A stretch of DNA of 64,000 nt, from assembly GCA_018651725.1 (NCBI GenBank), contig JABIDK010000002.1, forward strand, positions 36,904 to 100,903. Reading direction: 5' to 3'. The translations under genes were made by a program, and so were the position numbers. Of this stretch, positions 1 to 9,341 are shown one piece after another; the stretch's first letter is position 1; each line of letters begins with the position of its first letter. The stretch is from Candidatus Falkowbacteria bacterium (GTDB lineage: Bacteria; Patescibacteriota; Patescibacteriia; JAACEG01). The notes below the pieces were generated by a model that ran no database searches, had not been told where the DNA came from, and worked only from the letters and a program-made list of their open reading frames with translations.

Positions 1-1768
1 GGAAAAAGATCTTCTATTATATCTCGCAAAAATTCAACATCATAAATATACGCCCGATTATAATGCCGCATCAAAATTATATAGTTAGCTACATCGCTTG
101 GTCGCTCTTGTATTTGTTTAATCATTTCGTCTTTGGCTTTTAAAGCGGCTTCACGTCTAAAAAATTCATCCCCGTCTTTTTTATAGATCATTGTATCTAC
201 AAACTCAACAAATCTAGCGCGATACTCCTGATTGCCGTAGGTACCTTTGTCTAAGGCGCGTAAAAATAAGTTATAAGATGTTTCTAAACCAGCCTGACTT
301 TTATCAGCCACTTTCATGGCGCGAATTACATCCAAATTAGCTTGAGCCGGCTTTATATTAACTATATAAATTATCGGGATAATTAAAATTAAAAACACAA
401 TAAAGACTCCTTTAAAAACAGCTTTATTTTTTATTACTACAACCTCTTTGTCTAAAAAACTGACAAAAGACAACAAGAAAATAAGCGGAATATATGTGAC
501 AACATTATCAAAAACAAATAAATTTTGAGTAAAACAGGCAATAAAAAGAGAAATAAAAATTATAGCAACAATTTTTTCTTTGTCAGTCACACTATCTTGT
601 CTTTTAAACACTTTAAACAGCGCTCTTAACCGACTTTTTCTTCTTACTATTTTTTCTGTGAAAAAATAAACAGGATAAAAAATCATAAACAAATACGCAA
701 AAAGCCCAAAAAATCCACCGATAACAGCTTGGTCTAAAATAACATTGTGCGCTCGATCAAACCAAATCCTAGATCCCGCATCTTCGTAAATTCCCGGATT
801 AAAATGTTTATTAAAAACCAAGTAAAAATTTTCTTGCCCCCAGCCTAAAACCGGTTTTTCTTTAACACCTTGCCATGCCGAATTCCAGGTCATAAAACGC
901 GTCTCTGTTGTTCTGTCTGTTAAAGAAATATTAGTCATCCTACGAAGAGCCTCATTTTCCTGAACCCAACCAGCTTCTTTGTTAAAATAAGCTGTTAATC
1001 CAAATAAAACCGCTACTAATAAAACTCCGGTAAAAGCTTTTTTTGTCTTTTGGCTGGTATTTGTAAAAAACACTGTTAAAAATCCTCCCAAAAACAAAGC
1101 AACAAGTAATCCAACAAAAGCGCCCCTAGTAGCGGTTTCGATAATAATGTAGATACCAAAAGCAATAAATACTCCGTAATACCATTTTAAAAATATTGTT
1201 TTTCTTTTAATAAATAAATAAATAGCAAAAAAAACATTAAAAAGAAGATAAGTTGCTAAAAAAGCAGGGTTACCAACTGTAGCTGACAATCTATTCTCTC
1301 CGGCATTTAAAATAAAATCCCAGTTCAGTCTCTGACCTAAAGCAAAAATAGCAACTATCAAGCTCCCAAAGACAGACACGTCAAAAAGCTTTAACCAATC
1401 ATCACGATTTTTCAAAACACTGGAAACTATAAAAAATAAGACAAAAAGATGGATCCAGGTCAACAAACCTTCACTTCTTTCAATATCCCCCCAAAAACTT
1501 AGATAAAAATTATCTCCGAAAAATGAGGAAATAAAAATAATAATTAAATAAGCCAAAAAACCAAGGCTCAAAACAGTCAAGCGCGGTCGATAGTTAGAGT
1601 TAATTGAAGCCAAAAGCAAAAAAGCAAGCAACATTATCTCAACTGTTATTCGGAAAATAAAAGCTTTAGTAAAAATAAAAGGAAAGAAAAAATGACTATT
1701 CATCATAATCGGCACAAAAGCCACGGTCCCAATCCCTAAATAAATTATAAATTTTAAAAATTTTTCCA
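1..1768 (-). CDS. O-antigen ligase family (Wzy_C-like) polytopic membrane protein with C-terminal TPR-like soluble domain; 3' end runs past window start (partial)
   Basis: Not in the ORF track because there is no in-window stop. Open minus-strand frame from ATG at 1766-1768 (MEKFLKFIIYLGIG...) to position 1. About 10 hydrophobic helices. Loop motif DRAHNVILDQAVIGGFFG resembles the WaaL/Wzy_C R-x-H-N...GxxG signature. The C-terminal part is hydrophilic and helical-repeat-like. Confidence 0.55.
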
Positions 1769-1791
1769 TAGAAAATTACCTCTTGTCAAAA

Positions 1792-2472
1792 TTATAATTC
1801 AATCTCCTGTACGAATAAAGTCCAATTTGGGTCTATTTTTTTAATTTTCTTTTCATACTCTTTTTTCTTTTCGATATTTCCTTTATCAGTAAAAAAATCA
1901 AATAAATAAGCGTAATAATTAATTTTGTCGCCAGGATTTTGACTAGCTCCCTCGAGCATTATTTCTTCAATTAAATTATCTTTTTCTTTTAGATCGTAAC
2001 GGTACAAATCAGCCAAACCCTCGCGATAGATAAAGCTTCGTGGGCTAAGATCCATTACTTTTTTATAGTATCCCTCTGCTTTATCATAATCTCGCATAAA
2101 ATGAAAATATAAATCAGCCAAATTGCCATAAGCTACTATTGGTTGCTCAACTAAAGAAACAGCGCTTCGCCAAGCACTTTCTGCGCCCTCATAATCTCTT
2201 AAAACTTTTTTAATAAGCCCAATCTGGATCCAATATGAATAAGGCTTATCGCTTTCGTTTAAAAACGTATATTGCTTATTTAAACTTTCGATCAATCTTT
2301 CAGCTTCTTCCTTATCCCCTTTAAAATCCGGAAAATCATCCACCGAATACTCTGCTTTGTCTTGATATGAGGTCTGATTATTGATATTTTCAGATTTTTC
2401 AAGCTGCCAAAAAACAAGTCCTAAAGCCAAAATTAAAAAAACCACAATTAAAATTATTATTTTTTTGTTCAT
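1792..2472 (-). CDS. Membrane-anchored TPR-repeat protein
   Basis: N-terminal TM helix (IIILIVVFLILALGLVFW) followed by repeated A-x-x-Y/W...L-x-P TPR-like units (AEGYYKKVMDLSPRS; AESAWRSAVSLVEQP). Confidence 0.55.
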   Translation of the reverse strand: MNKKIIILIVVFLILALGLVFWQLEKSENINNQTSYQDKAEYSVDDFPDFKGDKEEAERLIESLNKQYTFLNESDKPYSYWIQIGLIKKVLRDYEGAESAWRSAVSLVEQPIVAYGNLADLYFHFMRDYDKAEGYYKKVMDLSPRSFIYREGLADLYRYDLKEKDNLIEEIMLEGASQNPGDKINYYAYLFDFFTDKGNIEKKKEYEKKIKKIDPNWTLFVQEIEL

Positions 2473-2549
2473 AATTTTTGTTGTTGAGATAATATCTTTT
2501 ACAATACTTATAATACTAAACCCAAAAGCTTATGTCAACGCGATATTTA

Positions 2550-4193
2550 TTATTTTTTGTAAATTTTGAAGGCTATTTCTCCGTCGTTTCTATAAATATT
2601 ATGGACTTCAGTATTTTCTTCTATTAGTTGAGTTTCCAGTTGATTAGAAAATTTTTGGCGATGTTTTTCAGTGGTTAACGGCCCTTTGTCAGTTGCTTTA
2701 ATAAAATAGAACTCGCCTACTCCTTTTTGTGTTTTAATTAACTTAACAAATTCCTGGGCATTAAAAAATGGCAAATTATTATAAAATCTTCGTTTTTCGA
2801 AAAGCCAAATACCCGAGAACCAGTTAATGTTCGGGTCCCAAACAATAATCGGGTAAAACTTCTCACCGGTTTTATAGTCAAAAGAATTCTCTAATTTATA
2901 TTTTTGCAGTTTAGGGTCTTTTATTTTTAATTTTTTATAAAAATCAACTCTGTTAATAACGTTTTTATCTTTTAAAAGGTTATTTAAATATTTATCCAAG
3001 TTATTAATGCCATAGTCCTGATTCTTGATTGAAGCGTAGGCAATGTTCTCTTTACCAATCGGCTTTGTTAAAATTACTGAATTTATGGTAAAAAACGCTT
3101 GATAGATGATAAAAATAACTAAAATAAATAAAAATATTTTTTTTTTCATTATCGTGAAAAAAATAGCCAATAAAATCGCTAAAAATGGGGCAAATAACAC
3201 CAGAAATCTAAGCTCAGGGGTTATAAAAAAAGTAAAAAACAAAATTAAAGAAAAAATAGAGAGTAAAATAATTGCCTGCAAATTATGGAGTTGCTTTGTT
3301 GCTTTACTCCTTACAGCAACATATAAAAGCGCTAAAACAGCGATTCCTAAATAAACAAAAGACATTGTATTGCTCAAAGTGTTCCAAAGGCTTCCTAAAT
3401 TTCCCAAATAATCTTTACTTAAACTTCTATCTAAGCTCCAGGGGGAATCTTGGTGTAATAATCCTGCCCACTGCAAATCAAAGTGCCCCAGCTCCTTGTA
3501 CATCATTGCATTGTAAATTATAACCGGAGAAATGACTATTACTGCTATAAGAAAAGCTAAATACAGCTTCTTTTCCTTAAACAAAGTTCTTTTTTTAAGC
3601 AATAAAGAAAAAAATATAACTGGCAAAATAAACAGTGCGGTATATTTAGTAAGAAGCGTAAGGCCTAAGCTTAAGCCAAAAAAAGGCCAATATTTTTTAT
3701 CCTTTAAAAACTTACTGAAAAAATATAGTGTTAAAACAATAAAAAATACTACCCCTATCTCCAAATAAGTTATCTTGGAAAACCAAATAAAATATGGGTT
3801 TATTGTTAAAAATAAAGCCGAGAGAAGTGCGGTTTTATTGTTTATTTCCTGTTTAACCCATAAATAAACAATAAAAATCGTTAAAAGACTGAAAATCGCG
3901 GATGATAATTTAGCTAAAAACAAAGAGTTGCCAAAAATAAAGAAAATATGCTGTAGCCAAAAAATAAGTGGCGGATGATCGTGATTGGACAAATTGGCCC
4001 ACCAAGGAAATTCATCAAATAGCTGAAGTGGTGTGGGTTGCTCTTCAGCAAACATAAAATCAACAAGTCCAACTGACCGAACACTATAAATCGCATCATC
4101 CCCATACATTCCCCCGCTACTTAAATTAAAAAAAATCAAAAAACAAGCCAAAAACAGGATAAAAATAATTAAATTTTTTTTCAGAAAAACCAT
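2550..4193 (-). CDS. GT-C fold glycosyltransferase, GT39/PMT_2/ArnT-like (polyprenyl-phosphate-sugar dependent protein or lipid glycosyltransferase)
   Basis: 547 aa and polytopic. First extracytoplasmic loop carries a GDDAIY (DE-type) motif followed by NHDHPPLIFWL (the HPPL motif of the PMT/ArnT family). Large C-terminal soluble domain. Confidence 0.6.
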   Translation of the reverse strand: MVFLKKNLIIFILFLACFLIFFNLSSGGMYGDDAIYSVRSVGLVDFMFAEEQPTPLQLFDEFPWWANLSNHDHPPLIFWLQHIFFIFGNSLFLAKLSSAIFSLLTIFIVYLWVKQEINNKTALLSALFLTINPYFIWFSKITYLEIGVVFFIVLTLYFFSKFLKDKKYWPFFGLSLGLTLLTKYTALFILPVIFFSLLLKKRTLFKEKKLYLAFLIAVIVISPVIIYNAMMYKELGHFDLQWAGLLHQDSPWSLDRSLSKDYLGNLGSLWNTLSNTMSFVYLGIAVLALLYVAVRSKATKQLHNLQAIILLSIFSLILFFTFFITPELRFLVLFAPFLAILLAIFFTIMKKKIFLFILVIFIIYQAFFTINSVILTKPIGKENIAYASIKNQDYGINNLDKYLNNLLKDKNVINRVDFYKKLKIKDPKLQKYKLENSFDYKTGEKFYPIIVWDPNINWFSGIWLFEKRRFYNNLPFFNAQEFVKLIKTQKGVGEFYFIKATDKGPLTTEKHRQKFSNQLETQLIEENTEVHNIYRNDGEIAFKIYKK

Positions 4194-4216
4194 AATTTAT
4201 TTAATATTCTAAAATC

Positions 4217-4225
4217 ATTATAACA
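4217..4225 (-). promoter_or_regulatory. Extended -10 promoter element (TGtTATAAT on minus strand) upstream of the GT-C gene
   Basis: Reverse complement of cattataaca reads TGTTATAAT about 25 nt upstream of ATG 4193. No clear -35. Confidence 0.3.
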
Positions 4226-4257
4226 ATCCATTTTGACAAAAACAACCCTAAACAAAA

Positions 4258-4292
4258 ATCCCCGGGGATTTCTCCCCGGGGATTTTTTATTC
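4258..4292 (-). terminator. Intrinsic terminator for the large surface-protein gene (acts bidirectionally)
   Basis: atCCCCGGGGAtttcTCCCCGGGGAtttttt: two copies of a self-complementary GC decamer form a strong hairpin flanked by T-runs on both strands. It is the only GC-rich spot in an AT-rich spacer. Confidence 0.6.
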
Positions 4293-4338
4293 TCTATCAA
4301 TAAGTTGATATTGAATATTGGTTATAAGCTAAAATTAA

Positions 4339-7300
4339 TTAGCTAGAGTAACCGACTACATAAGCGCTAGGACTTGTTAGACCGTCAACGTAAAGACCGC
4401 CAAGCCATTGTGAACTACTTGTAGCATTATCGCCGTTAGTAGTAAGGCCGTCGTCTTTAACATTATCAGACCAGACAAAGTTTCTAGCTGTATTAACAGC
4501 GTCACCTGTACCAAGTGTGTGGCCAGTATCAGCTGTCATAGTCATACTAATGTAATCACCGGTATCAGCACCGGAAACAGTACCATAAACAGTAAATGTT
4601 CTTACACCACCAGCTGGAACTTCAATAGCTTCTTTAGCATCACCAACAGTAATGTCAGGATTGTTAAAGGTTGTAGTGTAAACACCAGCACCGGCTGTAA
4701 ATGTTGCATTAGTGGCAACAGATACAGTATTACCATCTTGGTCTTTAATAGACATAGCGGTAATATCAACACCAGTAGTAGTGGTAATATCGAAGTTTAC
4801 AGCGTAAAGTAATACTTCGTTTCCAGCATCAGCAGCAACTTTGAATTTAAACAAAGCAAGTGAACCAGCGGTTAAGCTAGAAGCAGCACCCATTGGGTCA
4901 GCTGATGTTGAATAAGTTACTGTTGGTTGAGATTCATGTAGAATCATTGCAGAACTAGTTGAACCTTGGTAGGTTTCGTTAGATCCTGTGATTTCTACAT
5001 TAGACTCATTACCGGTAGTTTTAATACCAGAGGCTCCACCAATACCGATTTTAACATCAGCAGAAGCAGTACCTGGAGCATTATCAGTATCAGCTTGAAT
5101 CTCACTAAAAGCAGCTTTAACGGTTAGAATTTTTTCTCCGCCAGCTGGAATAGTGATAGTTCCGGTAGTAATAACAAATTCGTAAGAACCGGTTGAAGGA
5201 ATACTGTGAGTTGCAATTTCAGTACTTCCGTCATAGATAGTAACGCTTAATATATCTTGATAGTTACCGGTTGCAGAACTTACTCCACCATCGGTTACAA
5301 ACAGTTTGATCTTGTCTAGATCTAAATCTTCATATTTAGCCTTTAGTCTGATTTTTGTCATTGTATTTCCGGTTGATCCGGTCATAACAAAACCAGCAGG
5401 CGGATTAGAAGAAGTAGAAATAGTCAAAGTTCCACTGGCAAGATAAGTAAGTGTTGCACCATCGTCAGCTGTTACAGTTGGAGTAACAGTGTCTCCAGTT
5501 GATTTTCCGTAAACTGTGATAGCAGCAGGACAAGTAATACCAAATTGAGATGTGTCAGTAGCAGTTGCGCTTGATTCAATGTCACCTCTTAATTGAATGG
5601 TGGCTTGAGTACCTTTAGTAATAACTAAAGCTTCAGAAAGCGCAAAAGTTGTAGTAGTTCCGTCATCATCACTACTTGGTTTATCTTGACCACTTGGTTC
5701 TAAGGCTACACCATCAGCATAAAGAGTCAGGTTAGTAGCGGCAGAAGAACTAGCAGCAATCGCGATAGATGTAAGTCTTACATCTTCACCGGAATCAGAC
5801 GCATCAAAGGTCCAAGAACCTAAGGTTACATCAGATGCTCCAATAATTATATTGGCGTTAGCCGGCAAAGTATCACGAGTAACAGTCAAAGAACCTGCTT
5901 TAACAGTTTGAGTGTTAGTATTAACAGCTGTAGAAGGAGAAGCGGTGATGTTCTCACCGGTTACAGTTCCTTCAGCAGTAACACCAGATCCGGCTGTAAT
6001 AGTAGCGTAAATAGTGTCGTCTGTTTCCCAACCGGCGTTAGACTCAAGGTCAACTCTTACTCTGTAAACATTGTCTCCAACAGGAGCTGTAAATGTATCA
6101 GAGAAAGAAACTGTTCCTGAGCTTGGATCGGTTGGTCCGGCAACTGTGTTACCGTTAGCATCGATAAGTTCAACGTTAGTCATGTTACTAGAACCAACGG
6201 TTGTAGAAGACAAAGTCATTGTAACAGCTGTAATATCGATTGGTTCACCTTTTACAGTGAATTGGAAAGCTCCGACGATTTGATCATCAGCTACTGAAAT
6301 ATCAGTTGCTCCAATAGTATTACTCTTAGAAACAGTCAAAGTACCGGTTGAAACGGTAAATAGATTGTCAGAAAGAACAGGGCTGTTTGCACTTGATCCT
6401 GTACTAGTGTAAGTTGGAGTAATGTTATAACCGTAGCTTAAACCAGTAACGATTAAGTCAGTGGCTTTGTAGATTCCCATATCAACTGTTCTAGCTGAAC
6501 CCTCAACTACATCGGCTTTAACTAAAAATTGACCGGTTGCTCCTTTATCAAGAGTAACAGCGTCAAAGTCAAAGCTAACATATTTTCCATCGGTAGTACC
6601 GTCTGCTAATTTAGTACCGTCTTGGAATAATTCAATACCAGTTAGATCGGTTCCAAGAGTAGCGCTTCCGCCTTGGTAAACTTTTACCTGGCTAAAAGAC
6701 ACCATCTCAGCAGATCCGGCTACTACTTTGAAAGAAAAGAAAGTGTAGTCTTCTTGTCCAACTTTAATTGAAGTTGAAGTAGCATTTCCGTAAGCTCCTC
6801 TTGAAACAGTAGCGCTGCCAATAGAAATAGTACCATTAGTAGTTTGATAGTTACCTGAGATTGGTAGATCACCTGTTACAGCAGCTCCACCACCTAAAGT
6901 AAGATCAGCTAAAGTCAAAATTGGAGTTTCACCAGCATAACTTGCTAAAGAAGAAGCCATGTTAGCGGCTAGAATAACTGATTTAGTTGTTCCAGCTGCA
7001 ACGGTAAAGTCTTTAGTGAAAGTTGCTTGATGTTGAGAATTCAAAGATTTGCTAGTAGTGTTAATCGGAAGACCGGTAGTACCATCAATAATGTCAATAC
7101 TAGTGAAAGCATTATCGTTAGCAAGACCTGTTCTTTGAACAACTAAAGTGTCAACGGTAACGTCTCCGTCAGCGCCGGCAGTTAAGTTAACTTTGGTAAA
7201 AGCGTAACGAGCAGCTCCACCAACTACAATACCTGAAGAAGGAGTATCAGCTGCAAGAGCAACTGTTAAACCAGTTCCGGCTGAACTTGAAGATCCTCCG

Positions 7301-7965
7301 GATACATTAGTAATAGTTGTTTCTTCTTCAGTAAGACCAGCACCGTCAGAGTAAGTAACAGCTGTAGTAACAGCAAACTCAGCTCTTAGGTTGTTAGTAG
7401 TCATACCGTCATCAGAAACAGCGCGTTTCACGCCACCTTCAATATAATAAACAGTATCAGAGCCATCGTACTTAACTAAAGCTCCGTCTGGATGAACGTC
7501 TGAATCAACAGCAGTTCCTTTGGTGTAGTTTACCCAAAATGATTCGTTAATATCAATAACTCTGGTAGCCCAATCAGCGCCATATAAAGCAATAGCACGA
7601 GCTTCAGAGTCAATGTGTTTTAGAACTCCACCTGGAGTAACTGCGTAAGTTTTTGGATCAGTATCAATTTTTACCAGTTTAGTACCAGGTCTAACGGTTA
7701 CGTTTCCTCCAATGTCAATAGCTGCTAGTTCCGCATCAGTAATGGTTTGAACTCCAGAGAAGTCTCCGTACCAAGACATATAAGTTGACTCAGTTGGAAA
7801 AACATATCTCTGTCCGTCAGAACCATAGTAATATACTGCTGCGCTGCTGGCTTTAATTAAATCACCGGCAGAAATTGTAGCGGCCATTGCAGGCATAATG
7901 GAAGCGATTCCCATTGACCAACATACTGTGGCAAAAACTACTGCAATAGTAAATAGTTTTTTCAT
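4339..7965 (-). CDS. Giant secreted Thr/Ser/Gly/Ala/Val-rich surface protein (S-layer/adhesin-like, predicted all-beta)
   Basis: 1208 aa. Signal peptide MKKLFTIAVVFATVCWSMGIASIMPAMAA. No Cys after the signal. Hundreds of T/S/G/A/V residues in irregular beta-strand-like stretches (..TVTVSKSNTIGATDISV..). Own terminator downstream. Confidence 0.7.
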   Translation of the reverse strand: MKKLFTIAVVFATVCWSMGIASIMPAMAATISAGDLIKASSAAVYYYGSDGQRYVFPTESTYMSWYGDFSGVQTITDAELAAIDIGGNVTVRPGTKLVKIDTDPKTYAVTPGGVLKHIDSEARAIALYGADWATRVIDINESFWVNYTKGTAVDSDVHPDGALVKYDGSDTVYYIEGGVKRAVSDDGMTTNNLRAEFAVTTAVTYSDGAGLTEEETTITNVSGGSSSSAGTGLTVALAADTPSSGIVVGGAARYAFTKVNLTAGADGDVTVDTLVVQRTGLANDNAFTSIDIIDGTTGLPINTTSKSLNSQHQATFTKDFTVAAGTTKSVILAANMASSLASYAGETPILTLADLTLGGGAAVTGDLPISGNYQTTNGTISIGSATVSRGAYGNATSTSIKVGQEDYTFFSFKVVAGSAEMVSFSQVKVYQGGSATLGTDLTGIELFQDGTKLADGTTDGKYVSFDFDAVTLDKGATGQFLVKADVVEGSARTVDMGIYKATDLIVTGLSYGYNITPTYTSTGSSANSPVLSDNLFTVSTGTLTVSKSNTIGATDISVADDQIVGAFQFTVKGEPIDITAVTMTLSSTTVGSSNMTNVELIDANGNTVAGPTDPSSGTVSFSDTFTAPVGDNVYRVRVDLESNAGWETDDTIYATITAGSGVTAEGTVTGENITASPSTAVNTNTQTVKAGSLTVTRDTLPANANIIIGASDVTLGSWTFDASDSGEDVRLTSIAIAASSSAATNLTLYADGVALEPSGQDKPSSDDDGTTTTFALSEALVITKGTQATIQLRGDIESSATATDTSQFGITCPAAITVYGKSTGDTVTPTVTADDGATLTYLASGTLTISTSSNPPAGFVMTGSTGNTMTKIRLKAKYEDLDLDKIKLFVTDGGVSSATGNYQDILSVTIYDGSTEIATHSIPSTGSYEFVITTGTITIPAGGEKILTVKAAFSEIQADTDNAPGTASADVKIGIGGASGIKTTGNESNVEITGSNETYQGSTSSAMILHESQPTVTYSTSADPMGAASSLTAGSLALFKFKVAADAGNEVLLYAVNFDITTTTGVDITAMSIKDQDGNTVSVATNATFTAGAGVYTTTFNNPDITVGDAKEAIEVPAGGVRTFTVYGTVSGADTGDYISMTMTADTGHTLGTGDAVNTARNFVWSDNVKDDGLTTNGDNATSSSQWLGGLYVDGLTSPSAYVVGYSS

Positions 7966-8055
7966 AAATTAATCTTTCTATATCGCTTAATTTAGTGAGT
8001 CGGAAATGCAATGCATTTAAAATTCAACTAAATAAAACGAAAATTTTATTTAATT

Positions 8056-8097
8056 CGCATACCACCCTTTGGGTTCGACCTTTCCCGGTACGCGGGG
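8056..8097 (-). terminator. GC-rich stem-loop between the DUF5667-like gene and the surface-protein gene (putative terminator/attenuator or 5'-UTR structure)
   Basis: Minus-strand reading gives cccCGCGTACCgggaaaggtcgaacccaaagggtGGTATGCG: outer 8-bp stem with one G-U pair, then an A/T-rich tail. Isolated GC island. Confidence 0.3.
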
Positions 8098-8110
8098 ATT
8101 AATAATTATT

Positions 8111-9190
8111 TTATTCTTCTGTACTGCTACTTGTCCCTGTGTCTTCTGTGCTTGTACCTTTAACCATTCCTGTGCTGAAAATCGTACTTGTTGGACTATT
8201 ATCATTATTTAAAAATAAATCTGTTGTAGTAGTGTTTTGACTTTCTTCTGTGATTATATCTATCGTGCTGGTTGAAGTTTCTTCCTTCCCTTCTATATCT
8301 TCATTAGAAGATGCTTGATCGATTATTTCCTTTGACTCTTTTACTTTTTGTAAAGCTGCTACAAACTGCATGTTTACTAACTCTTTTTTAGCTTCTTCTA
8401 ATTTAGCCAAAGCCTCTCCTCCGGCCTCTTCGGCCTCTTCGCTTGCTTCTTCTATTTTTTCATCTATTTTTTGAGCAATTCCTTGAATTTCTTTATTTTC
8501 ATCTTTCTCAACAATAACCTCTAAAGCGCTAAAATTAGCCTCACTTACTTCGTCCATTGCTTCTTTAATATCATTTTTAGCATTGTCACTGCTTTTATCT
8601 TGCACTTTATTCAAAACAAAGTGCATTTCACTGGTTTTATCTTCCATTTTTTGAGCCATTTTTAAAGCCTTTTCCGGATCATTTTGAGCTAAATGCATAT
8701 TTTCTTTAACTAATGTAAAGTCTTTGTGAAAATTCTCTAAAGCCTTTCTCATTTTTTCTTGATTATCGTTATTTTCTGCTAAAGCTATTCTATTTAACTC
8801 ACGAATTCTTTTATCAACCAACTCCAATTGAAGATCGGATTTTTTATCTTCATCAAAAATAAAGGCCATTTGTGCTTTTTCACCGCCTCTTTTTAGAAAA
8901 TACAACAAATCTCCAGGCAAACTACCATCTGCTTTAACTTTAAGAGCTCCTCCTCCTAAAATCAAAATTAAAATCAAAGCAAATGTTCCAACTGGACGCA
9001 TTATAAAATCCTGAAAAAATCCATTGGAAAATTTCAAAAAATAAAAAAATTCAGCCCCTTTACCCAGCTTCTGAGGAGTATCTTCGCTCATAACTTGAGC
9101 CAAAATATCCTCACGAGCTGAACTTTTCCACGCTGTGGAGGGCTGAATTCTATTCAAACTTTTCAGTTGTTGTAATAAATCTTTTTCCAT
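8111..9190 (-). CDS. Single-pass membrane protein, DUF5667-like putative anti-sigma factor (coiled-coil ectodomain)
   Basis: N-terminal cytoplasmic segment LLQQLKSLNRIQPSTAWKSSAREDIL, one TM (TFALILILILGGGAL), then a long E/K-rich coiled-coil region and a T/S-rich tail. Same strand as the ECF sigma gene two genes upstream. Confidence 0.45.
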   Translation of the reverse strand: MEKDLLQQLKSLNRIQPSTAWKSSAREDILAQVMSEDTPQKLGKGAEFFYFLKFSNGFFQDFIMRPVGTFALILILILGGGALKVKADGSLPGDLLYFLKRGGEKAQMAFIFDEDKKSDLQLELVDKRIRELNRIALAENNDNQEKMRKALENFHKDFTLVKENMHLAQNDPEKALKMAQKMEDKTSEMHFVLNKVQDKSSDNAKNDIKEAMDEVSEANFSALEVIVEKDENKEIQGIAQKIDEKIEEASEEAEEAGGEALAKLEEAKKELVNMQFVAALQKVKESKEIIDQASSNEDIEGKEETSTSTIDIITEESQNTTTTDLFLNNDNSPTSTIFSTGMVKGTSTEDTGTSSSTEE

Positions 9191-9341
9191 TTTTATATAA
9201 TTTTAGCCATTTTAACGCAAAATTTAATAAATTTCGTCTATATTTTTATCTATCTCTATAATAGAAGACGTAAAAAAACAAAAAGTGTTACAGTAAACAT
9301 CATACAAACATTTAAACAATTACAATATTGAGTAATAATTA

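Noticed and set aside
3106-3768. Plus-strand ORFs 3106-3354, 3272-3523, 3532-3768 and minus-strand 3914-4105
   Set aside because: All nested within or antisense to the 547-aa GT-C gene. Lys/Ile-rich translations typical of AT-rich antisense frames.
4519-6283. Three plus-strand ORFs (4519-4812, 5908-6120, 6071-6283) inside the surface-protein gene
   Set aside because: Antisense to a long, well-supported CDS with signal peptide. Cys/Ser/Asn-rich compositional mirror of the Thr/Ser/Gly codons.
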